Below are positions 31,472 to 41,293 of a stretch of DNA of 64,000 nt, one piece after another. The notes beneath the pieces are model-generated. The model made no database searches and was not told the origin of the DNA. It saw nothing but the letters and a program-made list of their open reading frames with translations. Origin of the DNA: Thermodesulfobacteriota bacterium (lineage in GTDB: Bacteria; Desulfobacterota_D; UBA1144; Nemesobacterales; UBA2774); the NCBI GenBank assembly GCA_963422265.1, contig OY729416.1, forward strand, positions 704,001-768,000, read 5' to 3'. Each line of letters begins with the position of its first letter. Positions within the stretch are counted from its first letter, which is position 1. A program made the translations under genes and the position numbers.

Positions 31472-31933
31472 ATGAGAATATCCGACGTTCTAGAACAAAA
31501 AGCGATAATACCTAATTTACTCTCAAGAACCAAGCCTGACGTAATAAAAGAACTTGCGGAACATCTATCCTCCGTTCACCAGAACGTTAATACAGAGCGA
31601 TTGATAGAGCTTGTAACAGAGCGCGAAGCGCTCTGCAGCACCGCAATTGATTCAGGAGTAGCTATTCCTCATGCTAAGCTCAACGGAATACATAATATAA
31701 TCGCATGGTGCGGAAGGACCAGAGAAGGGGTTGACTTTGGTTCCCTTGACAATGGGGCTACGCACTTTTTCTTCCTAATAGTTGCTCCTGAGAACTCTAC
31801 GGCGCTTCACATTCAACTGCTAGTAAGGGTTTCAAAGGCGTTCCGAAGTGCAGAACTCCGCTCAAAACTAATGAAATCAGATTCTGCGGACGAAATACTC
31901 GAGGCTATAATATCAGAAGACGAAAAATACTAA
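31472..31933 (+). CDS. ptsN: PTS EIIA (Ntr/Fru-type)
   Basis: RE...STAIDSGVAIPHAK; rpoN operon context. Confidence 0.88.
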   Translation: MRISDVLEQKAIIPNLLSRTKPDVIKELAEHLSSVHQNVNTERLIELVTEREALCSTAIDSGVAIPHAKLNGIHNIIAWCGRTREGVDFGSLDNGATHFFFLIVAPENSTALHIQLLVRVSKAFRSAELRSKLMKSDSADEILEAIISEDEKY

Positions 31934-32785
31934 ATGAAAGATGTGGTTGTCATCAGTGGACTCTCAGGATCTGGCAAAAGCACGGCGGTAAACGTGTTAG
32001 AAGATCTAGGATTTTACTGCGTCGATAACTTGCCTTTGGCTCTTCTTCCTAAGTTTATCGAACTTTGCAACGCTGCTGATAAGGGTATAGATAAGGTGGC
32101 TATGGTTATTGATATTAGGGAAGGAGTCTTCTTTGACCTCGCGCCCGGATTCATAAAAAAACTAAGAAAAGAGGGCTACCTAATAGATGTTATATTCCTA
32201 GAGTCATCTGACAGGGTCCTAATTAAAAGATACAAGGAAACGAGACGGAAGCATCCCCTTGCCAAAGATGGAAATACTATTAAAGCCATATCCAAAGAAC
32301 GAGAAATGCTCAAGGAGCTAAAAGACCTTGCCAATTACCAGATTGATTCATCAGAACTCAGTGTGCACCAACTAAAAGATATTATAATAAATAAGTTTAG
32401 CAAATCGACACCTTACAAGACTATGATAAACATCCTATCTTTCGGCTATAAGCATGGACTTCCTTATGACGCGGACATTATTGTTGACATTCGGTTCCTG
32501 CCTAATCCTTACTTTATAGACGGCTTAAAAAATCTAAATGGAACTGATCGCGAAATCCAAAACTTCGTGCTCGGTAAAGAGAATTCTATCAAATTTATAG
32601 AAAAATTTACGGAATTTCTTGAATTCCTAATTCCTCAATACGAGCAGGAAGGCAAATCCTATCTGACCATAGGCATAGGTTGCACTGGCGGAAGGCATCG
32701 CTCGGTAGTAATAGCGAATGAAATAGCCGAGCATTTTAACAGATTATCACCAACAATAAGGCATAGGGATATCAGTAAGAGTTAA
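31934..32785 (+). CDS. rapZ: RNase adapter RapZ
   Basis: GLSGSGKS, VDNLP, ETRRKHPL, SFGYKHG, RFLPNPY, GCTGGRHRSV. Confidence 0.96.
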   Translation: MKDVVVISGLSGSGKSTAVNVLEDLGFYCVDNLPLALLPKFIELCNAADKGIDKVAMVIDIREGVFFDLAPGFIKKLRKEGYLIDVIFLESSDRVLIKRYKETRRKHPLAKDGNTIKAISKEREMLKELKDLANYQIDSSELSVHQLKDIIINKFSKSTPYKTMINILSFGYKHGLPYDADIIVDIRFLPNPYFIDGLKNLNGTDREIQNFVLGKENSIKFIEKFTEFLEFLIPQYEQEGKSYLTIGIGCTGGRHRSVVIANEIAEHFNRLSPTIRHRDISKS

Positions 32786-32796
32786 GGAGAATAGAT

Positions 32797-33210
32797 ATGG
32801 TAGGTATTGTGGTCGTAACTCATGGGAAATTGGCAACCGAGCTTGTATCCTCAGTGAACTTCGTTTTATCATCAAGTTCCGCCGTTAAAATACAAGAGGT
32901 TTGTCTCAATCCGGATATGGAGTTTGAAACTTTTAAGCAAGAAATAAAGAAAGCTATAAGAAAATTCAAACAAAAAGACGGTATTCTCTTGGTAACCGAT
33001 ATGTTTGGCGGAACACCATCAAATATAAGCCTAACCTTTCTTGAAGAGAAAAAGGTCGAGGTAATATCGGGAGTAAACCTTCCGATGCTCCTTAAGCTAG
33101 CCACCTTGCCCAATGAAACTAGCCTAGATCAAGCAGTTAAAATTGCCGAATCGGCAGGGAGAGATAACATTATTGTCGCAAGCAAACTCTTACAAAAGGG
33201 GGATTCATGA
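32797..33210 (+). CDS. PTS EIIA (mannose/fructose-type)
   Basis: VVVTHG, TDMFGGTPSN, GVNLPML. Confidence 0.92.
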   Translation: MVGIVVVTHGKLATELVSSVNFVLSSSSAVKIQEVCLNPDMEFETFKQEIKKAIRKFKQKDGILLVTDMFGGTPSNISLTFLEEKKVEVISGVNLPMLLKLATLPNETSLDQAVKIAESAGRDNIIVASKLLQKGDS

Positions 33211-33289
33211 CAAAATGATTCTGGTATAATATCGCTTTATTGTCCATAGGCTTAAATTAACCAAATAAAAGGTATAACAAGGGGAAAAC

Positions 33290-33619
33290 ATGACCAAAGA
33301 AGACATAGAGAAAATAATAGAATCCTGGAAAAACCATTTACTTACTGGTGAATTAGAGAATTATAAACTAGAAATCGGCAAAGACGTATCTCAAGAATTC
33401 GCAGCTATAGCCCTATACCTAGATTCAAGAACGGTTAAAGCTTCGGGAGAGATTGAAGAATACTACGAAGGTTACAGAAGTGCTGCCCTTGACATCCTTA
33501 ATTTAATTGGTGTTGACATAGCTCAGGATGACCAGCTAAAAGTAATCTCTCTTTATAAAAAGGAGCCAGAGGATGACAAGGAGGAAGAACTCAAACGAAA
33601 TATCTGGGGATCCCAATGA
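33290..33619 (+). CDS. Hypothetical acidic protein
   Basis: 109-aa ORF with AAGGGG SD; ATGA overlap with the next gene. Confidence 0.75.
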   Translation: MTKEDIEKIIESWKNHLLTGELENYKLEIGKDVSQEFAAIALYLDSRTVKASGEIEEYYEGYRSAALDILNLIGVDIAQDDQLKVISLYKKEPEDDKEEELKRNIWGSQ

Positions 33620-34434
33620 AGCTAGCAGACCTATTTGATTGCTTTCTTATAGATCTAGACGGCGTTATATACGTTGGCGACTCGCCCACGCCCAGTTCTG
33701 TGGAAACAACAAAACATCTGCTAAAAAATAATAAAGCCATTACTTTCTTAACAAACAATCCTGGCAAAACTTATTCTCAGTATTTACAAAAACTCAATAA
33801 AATGGGTATTGAGGAAAAAAATCTGAGAATAATTACCTCGTGCACGGCGCTTGCCCAATACGTAAAATCCAAATTTGGAAACCTGCAAGATAAAAGAGCA
33901 TTCGTCGCAGGCAGCGATGCCCTTAAAGAGGAGATTAAACTCGCAGGGCTTAACCTCATAAGCGGCGAGGAGGCTAAGAAAGCTAATATCGTCATCTTCG
34001 GTGGACATCCTGACTTTAACTATGAAGAGATGAAGATTGCGACGCTTGCCCTCTCAAATGGCGCTCACTTCTTTGCCACCAATCGTGACCACGCCTACCC
34101 GACTCAGGAGGGATACGTTCCCGCCACGGGAGCGATGCTCGCCTCTATAGAAACAGCTTCGGGTAAAAAGGCTATATGCGCTGGCAAACCGGAGGCTATT
34201 ATGTTTAAGATCGCACTGGGCAACTTTGACAATAAGAAAGAGAAAATAGCAATAATTGGCGATCATATACCTACGGACATTGAGGGAGGCAAAAAGGCAG
34301 GAATCACAACCATACTCGTCCTTTCAGGACTGACCAAGGAAAAAGAGTTAAGAAACTCGGCAATTAAGCCCGATTACGTAATAGAACGTCTTGGTGATTT
34401 ATTAGACGAGAATTATCTAAAATACGTGCAATAG
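33616..34434 (+). CDS. HAD-IIA (NagD-like) hydrolase
   Basis: DLDGVIY, LTNN, GKP, IGDHIPTDI. Confidence 0.92.
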   Translation: MKLADLFDCFLIDLDGVIYVGDSPTPSSVETTKHLLKNNKAITFLTNNPGKTYSQYLQKLNKMGIEEKNLRIITSCTALAQYVKSKFGNLQDKRAFVAGSDALKEEIKLAGLNLISGEEAKKANIVIFGGHPDFNYEEMKIATLALSNGAHFFATNRDHAYPTQEGYVPATGAMLASIETASGKKAICAGKPEAIMFKIALGNFDNKKEKIAIIGDHIPTDIEGGKKAGITTILVLSGLTKEKELRNSAIKPDYVIERLGDLLDENYLKYVQ

Positions 34435-34479
34435 GTTGCTAAGAAAACCATTTAATCAAGCCAGGAACAAGATTGCATT

Positions 34480-35226
34480 TCAACGCGACGGGAGGGTTTT
34501 ATGCTTTTTGTTAAAACCGAACAAATCAATAAAATCGCTAAATACTAGCTTACTAAGCTCTTTTAGCCGCTCTATGAATAATGGCGTATCGCTTCTTATA
34601 ATATCAGAATCTATTACTCCATTAGATTCCTCTATCTCCATTTTATTCTCAGGAACGTCAAGCCACCTATCTACCATCGGCTCGTCAACTTCCAGATGAA
34701 ACTGGAATCCGTAAACTTTATCTCCGTAACGGAATGCCTGGTGCTGACATAATGGAGAATACGCTAAATGCACAGTTCCCTTAGGAAGCTCAAAAGTATC
34801 GCCGTGCCACTGAAATACTCTTTCTACGTCCTTGAAATTAGACATTAAAGGATCGGTCTTGCCCTCTGCGGTAGGAGATACATCATACCACCCGATCTCC
34901 TTCTCTAGGTTTCTAGCAACCATAGCTCCAAGCGCTTTTGCCAGTAATTGAGAACCAAGACAAATACCTAATACAGGAAAGTCTCTCTGCACCGCTTCCC
35001 CTATTAGCTTCACTTCGTTTTCTAAATTGGGATATTGATCAACCTCGTTAACGTTCATGGGGCCACCCAGAACAATTAACCCATCATAACCGTCTAGACT
35101 AGGCTGCAAGTAAGGGTAGCGTTCAAAATTAACGTATTTAATCCTGAACCCAGAGTTTCTCAAGAGGGGATCAAGCGTCCCCAGTATCTCGTGCGCAACG
35201 TGCTGGAATACTAAAAGTTTAGGCAC
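34480..35226 (-). CDS. Type 1 glutamine amidotransferase
   Basis: LGGPM, GICLGSQ, QWHGDTF, QFHLE. Confidence 0.92.
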   Translation of the reverse strand: MPKLLVFQHVAHEILGTLDPLLRNSGFRIKYVNFERYPYLQPSLDGYDGLIVLGGPMNVNEVDQYPNLENEVKLIGEAVQRDFPVLGICLGSQLLAKALGAMVARNLEKEIGWYDVSPTAEGKTDPLMSNFKDVERVFQWHGDTFELPKGTVHLAYSPLCQHQAFRYGDKVYGFQFHLEVDEPMVDRWLDVPENKMEIEESNGVIDSDIIRSDTPLFIERLKELSKLVFSDFIDLFGFNKKHKTLPSR

Positions 35227-35328
35227 AAAGGTAAATCCCTAATTTAGCATTGCTAAAGTTATGATACGGATACTACTAATTGTTTTTCTGGCAATTGTTT
35301 AGATTCTTATGGAATCAAATCGGATAAC

Positions 35329-35787
35329 TTATTCCGCCTTCAGATACATTACGACGTCTTCCTGAATCGACTCGTCCACTAAAATTCTCCAATCGTCATT
35401 ACCTTCGGTAATCGCATTTCTAATTTTCGTAGCAGAAATCCACCCTATGTCTTGTGGAGGGAAGAACTCGTTCATTTCATATCCCACTCCCCTACCCCAA
35501 TTAACGGACTCTATGTCCGGTATTGCCATTACCACCACGTCATCACCCTTGCTCTTATGGTACTTCTCAATCATGCTTATAGTTTGCTGAGTCGTAAAGG
35601 GATTTTTATCATCAGGGGGAATATCCCTTACCATAATAAGGCAAGGAACTCCTTTATCTAATTTCTGTTGAACTAAACTCACGTGTCCCTTATGATAGGG
35701 CTGATATCTACCGATAAAAATGGCTCTCCTGTCCTTGGAAGGCTTAATATCAGAATGCCCATGATTTGTAAAAGTCCATTCACTCAT
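35329..35787 (-). CDS. HxGH nucleotidyltransferase (cytidylyl/adenylyltransferase-like)
   Basis: FIGRYQPYHKGH, NPF, ISATKIR; GAGGAG SD. Confidence 0.82.
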   Translation of the reverse strand: MSEWTFTNHGHSDIKPSKDRRAIFIGRYQPYHKGHVSLVQQKLDKGVPCLIMVRDIPPDDKNPFTTQQTISMIEKYHKSKGDDVVVMAIPDIESVNWGRGVGYEMNEFFPPQDIGWISATKIRNAITEGNDDWRILVDESIQEDVVMYLKAE

Positions 35788-35894
35788 TTCGAGTCTCCTC
35801 TAATTTATATTATGTTAAGATTCGCTTAATACCGCTATGGAGAGTTCCGTTCAGATTCAAACCTGAAAATACCTAACTCTAAAATAAGGTGGAT

Positions 35895-35922
35895 ATTATA
35901 CCAGTTCACGCGATTTTTTCAA
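35895..35922 (-). promoter_or_regulatory. Candidate sigma70 promoter (extended -10)
   Basis: Minus strand TTGAAA-16 nt-TATAAT with TGG before the -10. Confidence 0.55.
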
Positions 35923-35958
35923 GAGAATAGTAGGTAACTACCTCCCCTTTGCATAAGT

Positions 35959-35987
35959 TTGACGCAAGGCGAGTTTCTAGCTATTCT
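35959..35987 (+). promoter_or_regulatory. Candidate sigma70 promoter for the DUF1844 gene
   Basis: TTGACG-17 nt-TATTCT. Confidence 0.5.
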
Positions 35988-36069
35988 GTCAATTGCTTAG
36001 AATATACCAACAGCTAAGTCGTATAAGCTTATGGCAATCACCAAAAACTATTAAGGAGGTTTGTGAAAC

Positions 36070-36369
36070 GTGAGTGAAGAAAAGAAAAAAGAGCCCGAGA
36101 GACAAGGAGAGTTAAAAATGGACTTTTCTGCTTTTATTCTGTCGCTAAACGCTTCCTCGCTTATCCACTTAGGAGAACTCCCCGACCCGCAACTAAGAGA
36201 GAGGTCGGTTAACCTGCCAGCCGCAAAGCACACGATTGAGATACTTGAGATTATTAAGGATAAGACTATTGGAAACTTAGATGACGAAGAGAGCAAGCTC
36301 CTTGTAGATATCCTTTATAACTTGAGAATGAAGTTCTTACAGTACGCTTCGCCTAATGATAAGAAATAG
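36070..36369 (+). CDS. DUF1844 family protein
   Basis: FILSL...HLGELPDP...NLPAAKHTIEIL...KTIGNL...LYNLRMKF; AAGGAGGT SD. Confidence 0.85.
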   Translation: MSEEKKKEPERQGELKMDFSAFILSLNASSLIHLGELPDPQLRERSVNLPAAKHTIEILEIIKDKTIGNLDDEESKLLVDILYNLRMKFLQYASPNDKK

Positions 36370-36445
36370 AACGTCAACATAATATGTATGATTGGGTGGG
36401 CTCACCATAGGCGCAGATGAACGAAGATAAAAGATATTAAAAACA

Positions 36446-36484
36446 GAGAAATCCGCAACCCCGCTTCGCTCCATTAGGAATGAC
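36446..36484. repeat. Degenerate REP-like remnant
   Basis: GAGA...CGCTTCGCTCC...GGAATGAC ends in the same GGAA(T/C)GAC tail as the 1463-1510 element; lies between convergent genes. Confidence 0.3.
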
Positions 36485-36558
36485 ACTTGCATACCTTATT
36501 TAACTCTTACCTAACTTTACCCCTTAAATATGAACGGCAAACGCGCGCACCTAGTCCG

Positions 36559-37461
36559 CTAATCCAACCGTGAAAGACGTAAGAACGCTCTGAACCTAGT
36601 ATCTATCTCTTCCTTTTCCAATTTTGCGAGTCTTCTAACACTAAAATCTTCAACCGTAAACGAAGCTATTACGCTTCCATATACTATAGCGTTCTTAAAA
36701 CCTAGCGCGGTAGTCGCTTCACGATTCGCCACGTAACCCATGAACCCTCCGGCGAAAGTGTCCCCTGCACCCGTAGGATCAACAACCTTTTCTAGGGGAT
36801 AACTTGGAGCCCAGAAGACTTCTTGCCCCGAAAACATAAGAGCGCCGTATTCCCCCCTTTTCACAATGAGAGACCTAGGACCCATATCGAGCACAGCCTT
36901 AGCGGCATTTGTAATTCTAGGCTCGCCCGCAAGCGCCCTTGTTTCTGAGTCGTTAATCATAAGTATATCTATGTTTCTTAGCACTTCCCTAAGCTCGTTT
37001 GGCTTGTTCTCTATCCAGTAATTCATAGTATCGCAAGCAACCAGCTTAGGACTATCTATCTGCTTTAACACGTTTAATTGCAACTCGGGATCTATATTGG
37101 CGAGAAAAACATATTCCGCATTCCGGTAGCTCTCAGGAATAACCGGATCAAAATCCTGAAACACGTTGAGATACGTGCCCAATGTCTCCGGATCTCCGAG
37201 ATCATATCCATATCTTCCCTCCCACCTGAAAGTCTCTCCCGATGCTTTAGCAACACCTTCGAGCCCTATGCCTTTAGACTTAAAAAGCTCTAAATACTTA
37301 TCAGGAAAGTCCCGTCCCACAACGGCGACTACCCCTGCTTTGGTAAATGCGCTTGCTGCGAGCGAGAAATAAGACGCCGACCCCCCAAGAATACTTTCCT
37401 CTTTACCAAACGGGGTCTCAACCGCATCAAGCGCCACGGATCCAACTACCAGTAATTTCAT
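36559..37461 (-). CDS. PfkB family sugar/nucleoside kinase
   Basis: GSVALD, LGGSASY, DPTGAGDTFAGG. Confidence 0.93.
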   Translation of the reverse strand: MKLLVVGSVALDAVETPFGKEESILGGSASYFSLAASAFTKAGVVAVVGRDFPDKYLELFKSKGIGLEGVAKASGETFRWEGRYGYDLGDPETLGTYLNVFQDFDPVIPESYRNAEYVFLANIDPELQLNVLKQIDSPKLVACDTMNYWIENKPNELREVLRNIDILMINDSETRALAGEPRITNAAKAVLDMGPRSLIVKRGEYGALMFSGQEVFWAPSYPLEKVVDPTGAGDTFAGGFMGYVANREATTALGFKNAIVYGSVIASFTVEDFSVRRLAKLEKEEIDTRFRAFLRLSRLD

Positions 37462-38315
37462 CTTATATACCTCTCTATCAGAATTCCGAGACGAGATTTA
37501 ACCTCTTCGGATATAGTTTCCTTAGACGTGATTATTGCATTTTCAAGGGCGCACTCACAAAGACATTTCCTTTTTTCACTAATCAGTGGGACAACTTGCC
37601 TTATTATACTCTTTGATAAATCAACGTTCTTATGCAAAGTTTCAATTAAACTGTCAACGGTAACGTCTTCATGCCCCTCGTGCCAACAGTCGTAGTCAGT
37701 CGGCATTGACAGGCTAGCGTAACAAATCTCGGCTTCACGGGCAAGCTTAGCCTCAGTCGCGTTCGTCATACCAATTACATCCACGCCCCACTTTCTATAG
37801 ATTCCACTTTCGGCTCTTGAAGAAAACTGAGGACCTTCCATACACATATAGGTCCCCCCGAAGTGAACCGTCGCCCCTAGTTGCTCTGAAGTCCTACGTA
37901 AATCTTCAGAGAGCACCGCGCAGACCGGATCAGCCATAGAAACGTGTGCTGCTATGCCACCACTAAAAAACGTCGATTCCCTTTTTTTTGTATTATCATA
38001 AAACTGTAAAGGAATGACCACGTGGCCGGGGGATATTGCCTCTTTCATACTTCCGACGGCGCTTGAGGAAATAAGCCAATCTACACCAAGCTTCTTCATA
38101 GCGTAGATATTAGCTCGATAGTTGATCTCAGAAGGCATTATCCTATGCCCCTTTCCATGCCTAGACAAAAACACCATTCTGGTATCTACAAGTGATCCAA
38201 CGACGAGTTGGTCCGAAGGTTTGCCCCAGGGAGTATCAACCGAGATGAATTCAACGTCGGTCAACCCATCCATTTCATAAAGCCCGCTCCCACCAATTAC
38301 GCCTACTGTTTTCAT
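37458..38315 (-). CDS. mtnP: S-methyl-5'-thioadenosine phosphorylase
   Basis: GVIGGSGLY, RHGKGH, NYRANIYA, EGPQFSSRAES, GMTN..EAKLAREAE, TDYDCWH. Confidence 0.94.
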   Translation of the reverse strand: MKTVGVIGGSGLYEMDGLTDVEFISVDTPWGKPSDQLVVGSLVDTRMVFLSRHGKGHRIMPSEINYRANIYAMKKLGVDWLISSSAVGSMKEAISPGHVVIPLQFYDNTKKRESTFFSGGIAAHVSMADPVCAVLSEDLRRTSEQLGATVHFGGTYMCMEGPQFSSRAESGIYRKWGVDVIGMTNATEAKLAREAEICYASLSMPTDYDCWHEGHEDVTVDSLIETLHKNVDLSKSIIRQVVPLISEKRKCLCECALENAIITSKETISEEVKSRLGILIERYIR

Positions 38316-38343
38316 AGCTACCCCCGAGTTGAAAAATGACTAT

Positions 38344-38997
38344 CTAAACCTGTTGAAAAACTAATATTACCCTCTTTTGACACCCAAAAGGAAGGGTTAT
38401 GCCCTTGCGCTCTACGAGCGTAAAGTTTTGATTCTCTTCCTCAATTCTATCAGTCCAGTAGCTGTCCTGGACATCATCCTTTCCCCTCATAAGAACGATA
38501 AAACCCCTATCGGATATATAAGGAGCGCTTAGTCTAATTACATCTATCGGGCTGCCCACCGCTCTTGTAACTACGTAATCAAATCCCCCCCTAGGAAGGT
38601 TATTATTTAGGTCCTCTGCCCTACCCCAGACTGCCTTAATCTCCTTGAGTCCGAGATTTCTTACAACTTCCTTCATAAATAGAACTTTCTTATAAACGGA
38701 ATCGAGCAAAGTTACCTTTAGAGAAGGGCGAACGATCTTTAGTGGTATCCCTGGAAATCCCCCCCCAGAACCTATATCGAGAACGCTTGACCTTTTATCT
38801 ATGAAAGGAGCGACGGACAGGGAATCCAGAAAATGACTTATCACAATACCTCTCTCATCAGTAATACTTGTAAGATTCATTTTTGCATTCCACAATTTAA
38901 GGAGATTAAAGTAGAGAGTGAAGAGCTCTAGCTCGCCGTCAGCGATCCTTATGCCAAGCTCAAACGAGCCTTGCTTGAGAAGTTCATTGGGATTCAA
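38344..38997 (-). CDS. rsmG: 16S rRNA m7G527 methyltransferase
   Basis: WNAKMNLTS, HFLDSL, DIGSGGGFPGIPL, RAE, TRAV. Confidence 0.95.
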   Translation of the reverse strand: MNPNELLKQGSFELGIRIADGELELFTLYFNLLKLWNAKMNLTSITDERGIVISHFLDSLSVAPFIDKRSSVLDIGSGGGFPGIPLKIVRPSLKVTLLDSVYKKVLFMKEVVRNLGLKEIKAVWGRAEDLNNNLPRGGFDYVVTRAVGSPIDVIRLSAPYISDRGFIVLMRGKDDVQDSYWTDRIEEENQNFTLVERKGITLPFGCQKRVILVFQQV

Positions 38998-39797
38998 TCC
39001 ACGCGCCTTATTTGGATCGGATGATCTACTATTATACCGGGGGTGCCTTTGTACATTTTCACTCTTCCTATAACTTCAACTTCCCTGCCATTATAGTATT
39101 TAGACGGATATATATCAAAGAACTCAAAATTAGCCCAGTCATCTCTGAAAATTACGGCGTCAAACTCACCGTTCATGCTTAGCACCAACACTTTATTTGA
39201 TATTCTAGCGCCAGAAACACGTCCTCTTACAACAACTCTTTTCCCGTTATAGCGACTAGCATCCGTGGCATCTATGATAAATTGCCGGTTCCTTGACGGG
39301 TAGTTAAGCGTGGCAGGATCTCCCCATATACCTCTTTTATTCCGTTTAGCCCGCCTGAGCGCATCGTTAATAATGTCTTTACGTTTCATGTTTGGCTTAA
39401 TAAATAAAGCAGTAGCCAACCCGTTAGCTACAAGCTCTTGGCTAACTAAAATGCCGTCAACGTAAACGTATGCGAGCTTCCTTCCATAAGCATCATACTT
39501 TTCCTTGTCAAATTCAATCCTGACGCTCTTGCCTCCCACCAGTTTTTTGTTAAATTCCAGGGCTTCTTTGGCTAGAGGTTCACCAGGAGAGTGAAGTTTC
39601 GCAATCTCAGGAGTGTCTATTCCCAGATACCTGACATGAGATTTATTAGCATCATCTATTATTACAGTGTCTCCATCAACTACATCTAACACCTTATAGT
39701 CGAACGTTTTTCCCTCTTCCGCCCCTGAGAAAAAATAGAGACCTAAGAGAATAAGCAAATGAGGTAAAATCAAAGCGAGCTTCTTAGTACCTCTCAC
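38994..39797 (-). CDS. Thermonuclease (SNase) family protein with C-terminal OB-like domain
   Basis: N-terminal TM; VDGDT, RYLGIDTPE, DAYGRKLAYVY, RGIW. Confidence 0.9.
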   Translation of the reverse strand: MRGTKKLALILPHLLILLGLYFFSGAEEGKTFDYKVLDVVDGDTVIIDDANKSHVRYLGIDTPEIAKLHSPGEPLAKEALEFNKKLVGGKSVRIEFDKEKYDAYGRKLAYVYVDGILVSQELVANGLATALFIKPNMKRKDIINDALRRAKRNKRGIWGDPATLNYPSRNRQFIIDATDASRYNGKRVVVRGRVSGARISNKVLVLSMNGEFDAVIFRDDWANFEFFDIYPSKYYNGREVEVIGRVKMYKGTPGIIVDHPIQIRRVD

Positions 39798-39818
39798 GCC
39801 TGCTCCTTAATCTTATAC

Positions 39819-40991
39819 TTACCTACTATTACTTGAAGAAACCTTGCCCGACTCACAAAAGGTGAACAGCGCAAAACCCACCAACACCATACATCCAGCG
39901 ACTAAATACATAACATCATAACCAAAGTCTCTCGCTATTATACCTATTGGAAAAGCAAGGAAATTTATCCCCACACTATAAGAAGCGTTGAACGCCCCCA
40001 TGGCTTTCCCTCTTTCGTCATCTCTTGTTTTATCAATTACGAGGGCACTAAGCGTGGGATATAAAAAACCGTAACCGACGCTGAAAAAGAGCGATACCAA
40101 AACCGTGCTTAATGGAGACTCTACAAAATACATGGCGGCGAGCGATACTGAGACCGCAAGGAAACAAGGTGATGCGATTGCCTTCCTTCCCCAATTATCA
40201 GATATCCGCCCTCCAAATATTCTCGTTACCATTACTGCTATCGTATAGGTCAGGAAGAAATAGGAAGCAGCTAATCCCTTTGAACTTAGAAAAGTAGCAA
40301 CGAAGTTTAGTATAGACCCAAGACCACCCGCCATGATCAAGTTTGATACTAGTATAAAGGAAAATCTTTTAGATAATATCAAATGAAAAAATCCTATAAC
40401 GTATCCGTCGGAAGAGACTCTAAAACTTCCGTCCTTAGCAAAAACTGTGATTGCAAACGCTAATAGACTGAAAACCGAGGCATAAATAAAAAAATATTGG
40501 AAACCGAAAAGCTCAATCGCAAACTCTCCCAATGACGGACCTATAGCATAAGACGCAATCGTGAAGGCGCTAAATATTCCGAGCCCCTCCGCCCTTCTTT
40601 CGGGAGGAATATAATCCGTCACGAACGTCCCAGCTGACGTAAATGAAAACGCGAATGACAAGCCTTGTATAAACCGCAATATATAGAAAAAAGGTGATAA
40701 ATGAGATATAAACAGGTAGCATAAGGATGCTAAAAACATCACCGCATAGCCCAAGAGCATAAACCTTCTCCTTCCATACCTATCCACCAAATAGGAAACG
40801 AAAGGAATCGCTCCCAACGAGGTAACGCCGAAGGACCCCATTATAAAACCTATATGCGCCTCATCCCCCCCTAAGTCCTTTATATATAACGGGAGTAAAA
40901 AGAATGATGAAAAGGTGCAGAAAAATAGAAAGTTCGCAATTGTCGCAAGCGTAAAATTCTTGAATTGAGCTTGAGAAGAACGGGTGCGCAT
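39819..40991 (-). CDS. MFS transporter
   Basis: Multi-TM; DRYGRR and GRISDNWGRK motif A. Confidence 0.92.
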   Translation of the reverse strand: MRTRSSQAQFKNFTLATIANFLFFCTFSSFFLLPLYIKDLGGDEAHIGFIMGSFGVTSLGAIPFVSYLVDRYGRRRFMLLGYAVMFLASLCYLFISHLSPFFYILRFIQGLSFAFSFTSAGTFVTDYIPPERRAEGLGIFSAFTIASYAIGPSLGEFAIELFGFQYFFIYASVFSLLAFAITVFAKDGSFRVSSDGYVIGFFHLILSKRFSFILVSNLIMAGGLGSILNFVATFLSSKGLAASYFFLTYTIAVMVTRIFGGRISDNWGRKAIASPCFLAVSVSLAAMYFVESPLSTVLVSLFFSVGYGFLYPTLSALVIDKTRDDERGKAMGAFNASYSVGINFLAFPIGIIARDFGYDVMYLVAGCMVLVGFALFTFCESGKVSSSNSR

Positions 40992-41066
40992 AACTTTCCC
41001 AAAACCAGATAGATTGAGAACGTATTATAACTTTATTAAAGGGAAGGAAAAATACCTCCAGCTTCT

Positions 41067-41094
41067 TTGACAATGCGTAACTACATGATATGCT
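41067..41094 (+). promoter_or_regulatory. Promoter of the tRNA pair
   Basis: TTGACA-16 nt-TATGCT with extended TG, 16 nt before tRNA-Lys. Confidence 0.6.
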
Positions 41095-41110
41095 CTTGTT
41101 TCTAATTAAC

Positions 41111-41183
41111 GAGCCGTTAGCTCAGTCGGTAGAGCAACTGCCTTTTAAGCAGTGGGCCGCAGGTTCGAATCCTGCACGGCTCA
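41111..41183 (+). tRNA. tRNA-Lys(TTT)
   Basis: GAGCCGT/ACGGCTC acceptor stem, anticodon arm CTGC-CTTTTAA-GCAG, GGTTCGAATCC; CCA not encoded. Confidence 0.96.
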
Positions 41184-41193
41184 TTCTTAAAAA

Positions 41194-41268
41194 GTCCCCA
41201 TCGTCTAGCCTGGCCTAGGACATCGGCCTTTCACGCCGAAAACAGGGGTTCAAATCCCCTTGGGGACG
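41194..41268 (+). tRNA. tRNA-Glu(TTC)
   Basis: GTCCCCA/TGGGGAC acceptor stem, TCGGC-CTTTCAC-GCCGA, GGTTCAAATCC; CCA not encoded. Confidence 0.96.
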
Positions 41269-41293
41269 TGTGACTTAGCCAGGCTTAAACCTA

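Noticed and set aside
38994-39797. Thermonuclease as part of a defence system
   Set aside because: It is a membrane-anchored SNase inside a housekeeping run (MFS, rsmG, mtnP, pfkB) with no defence partners.
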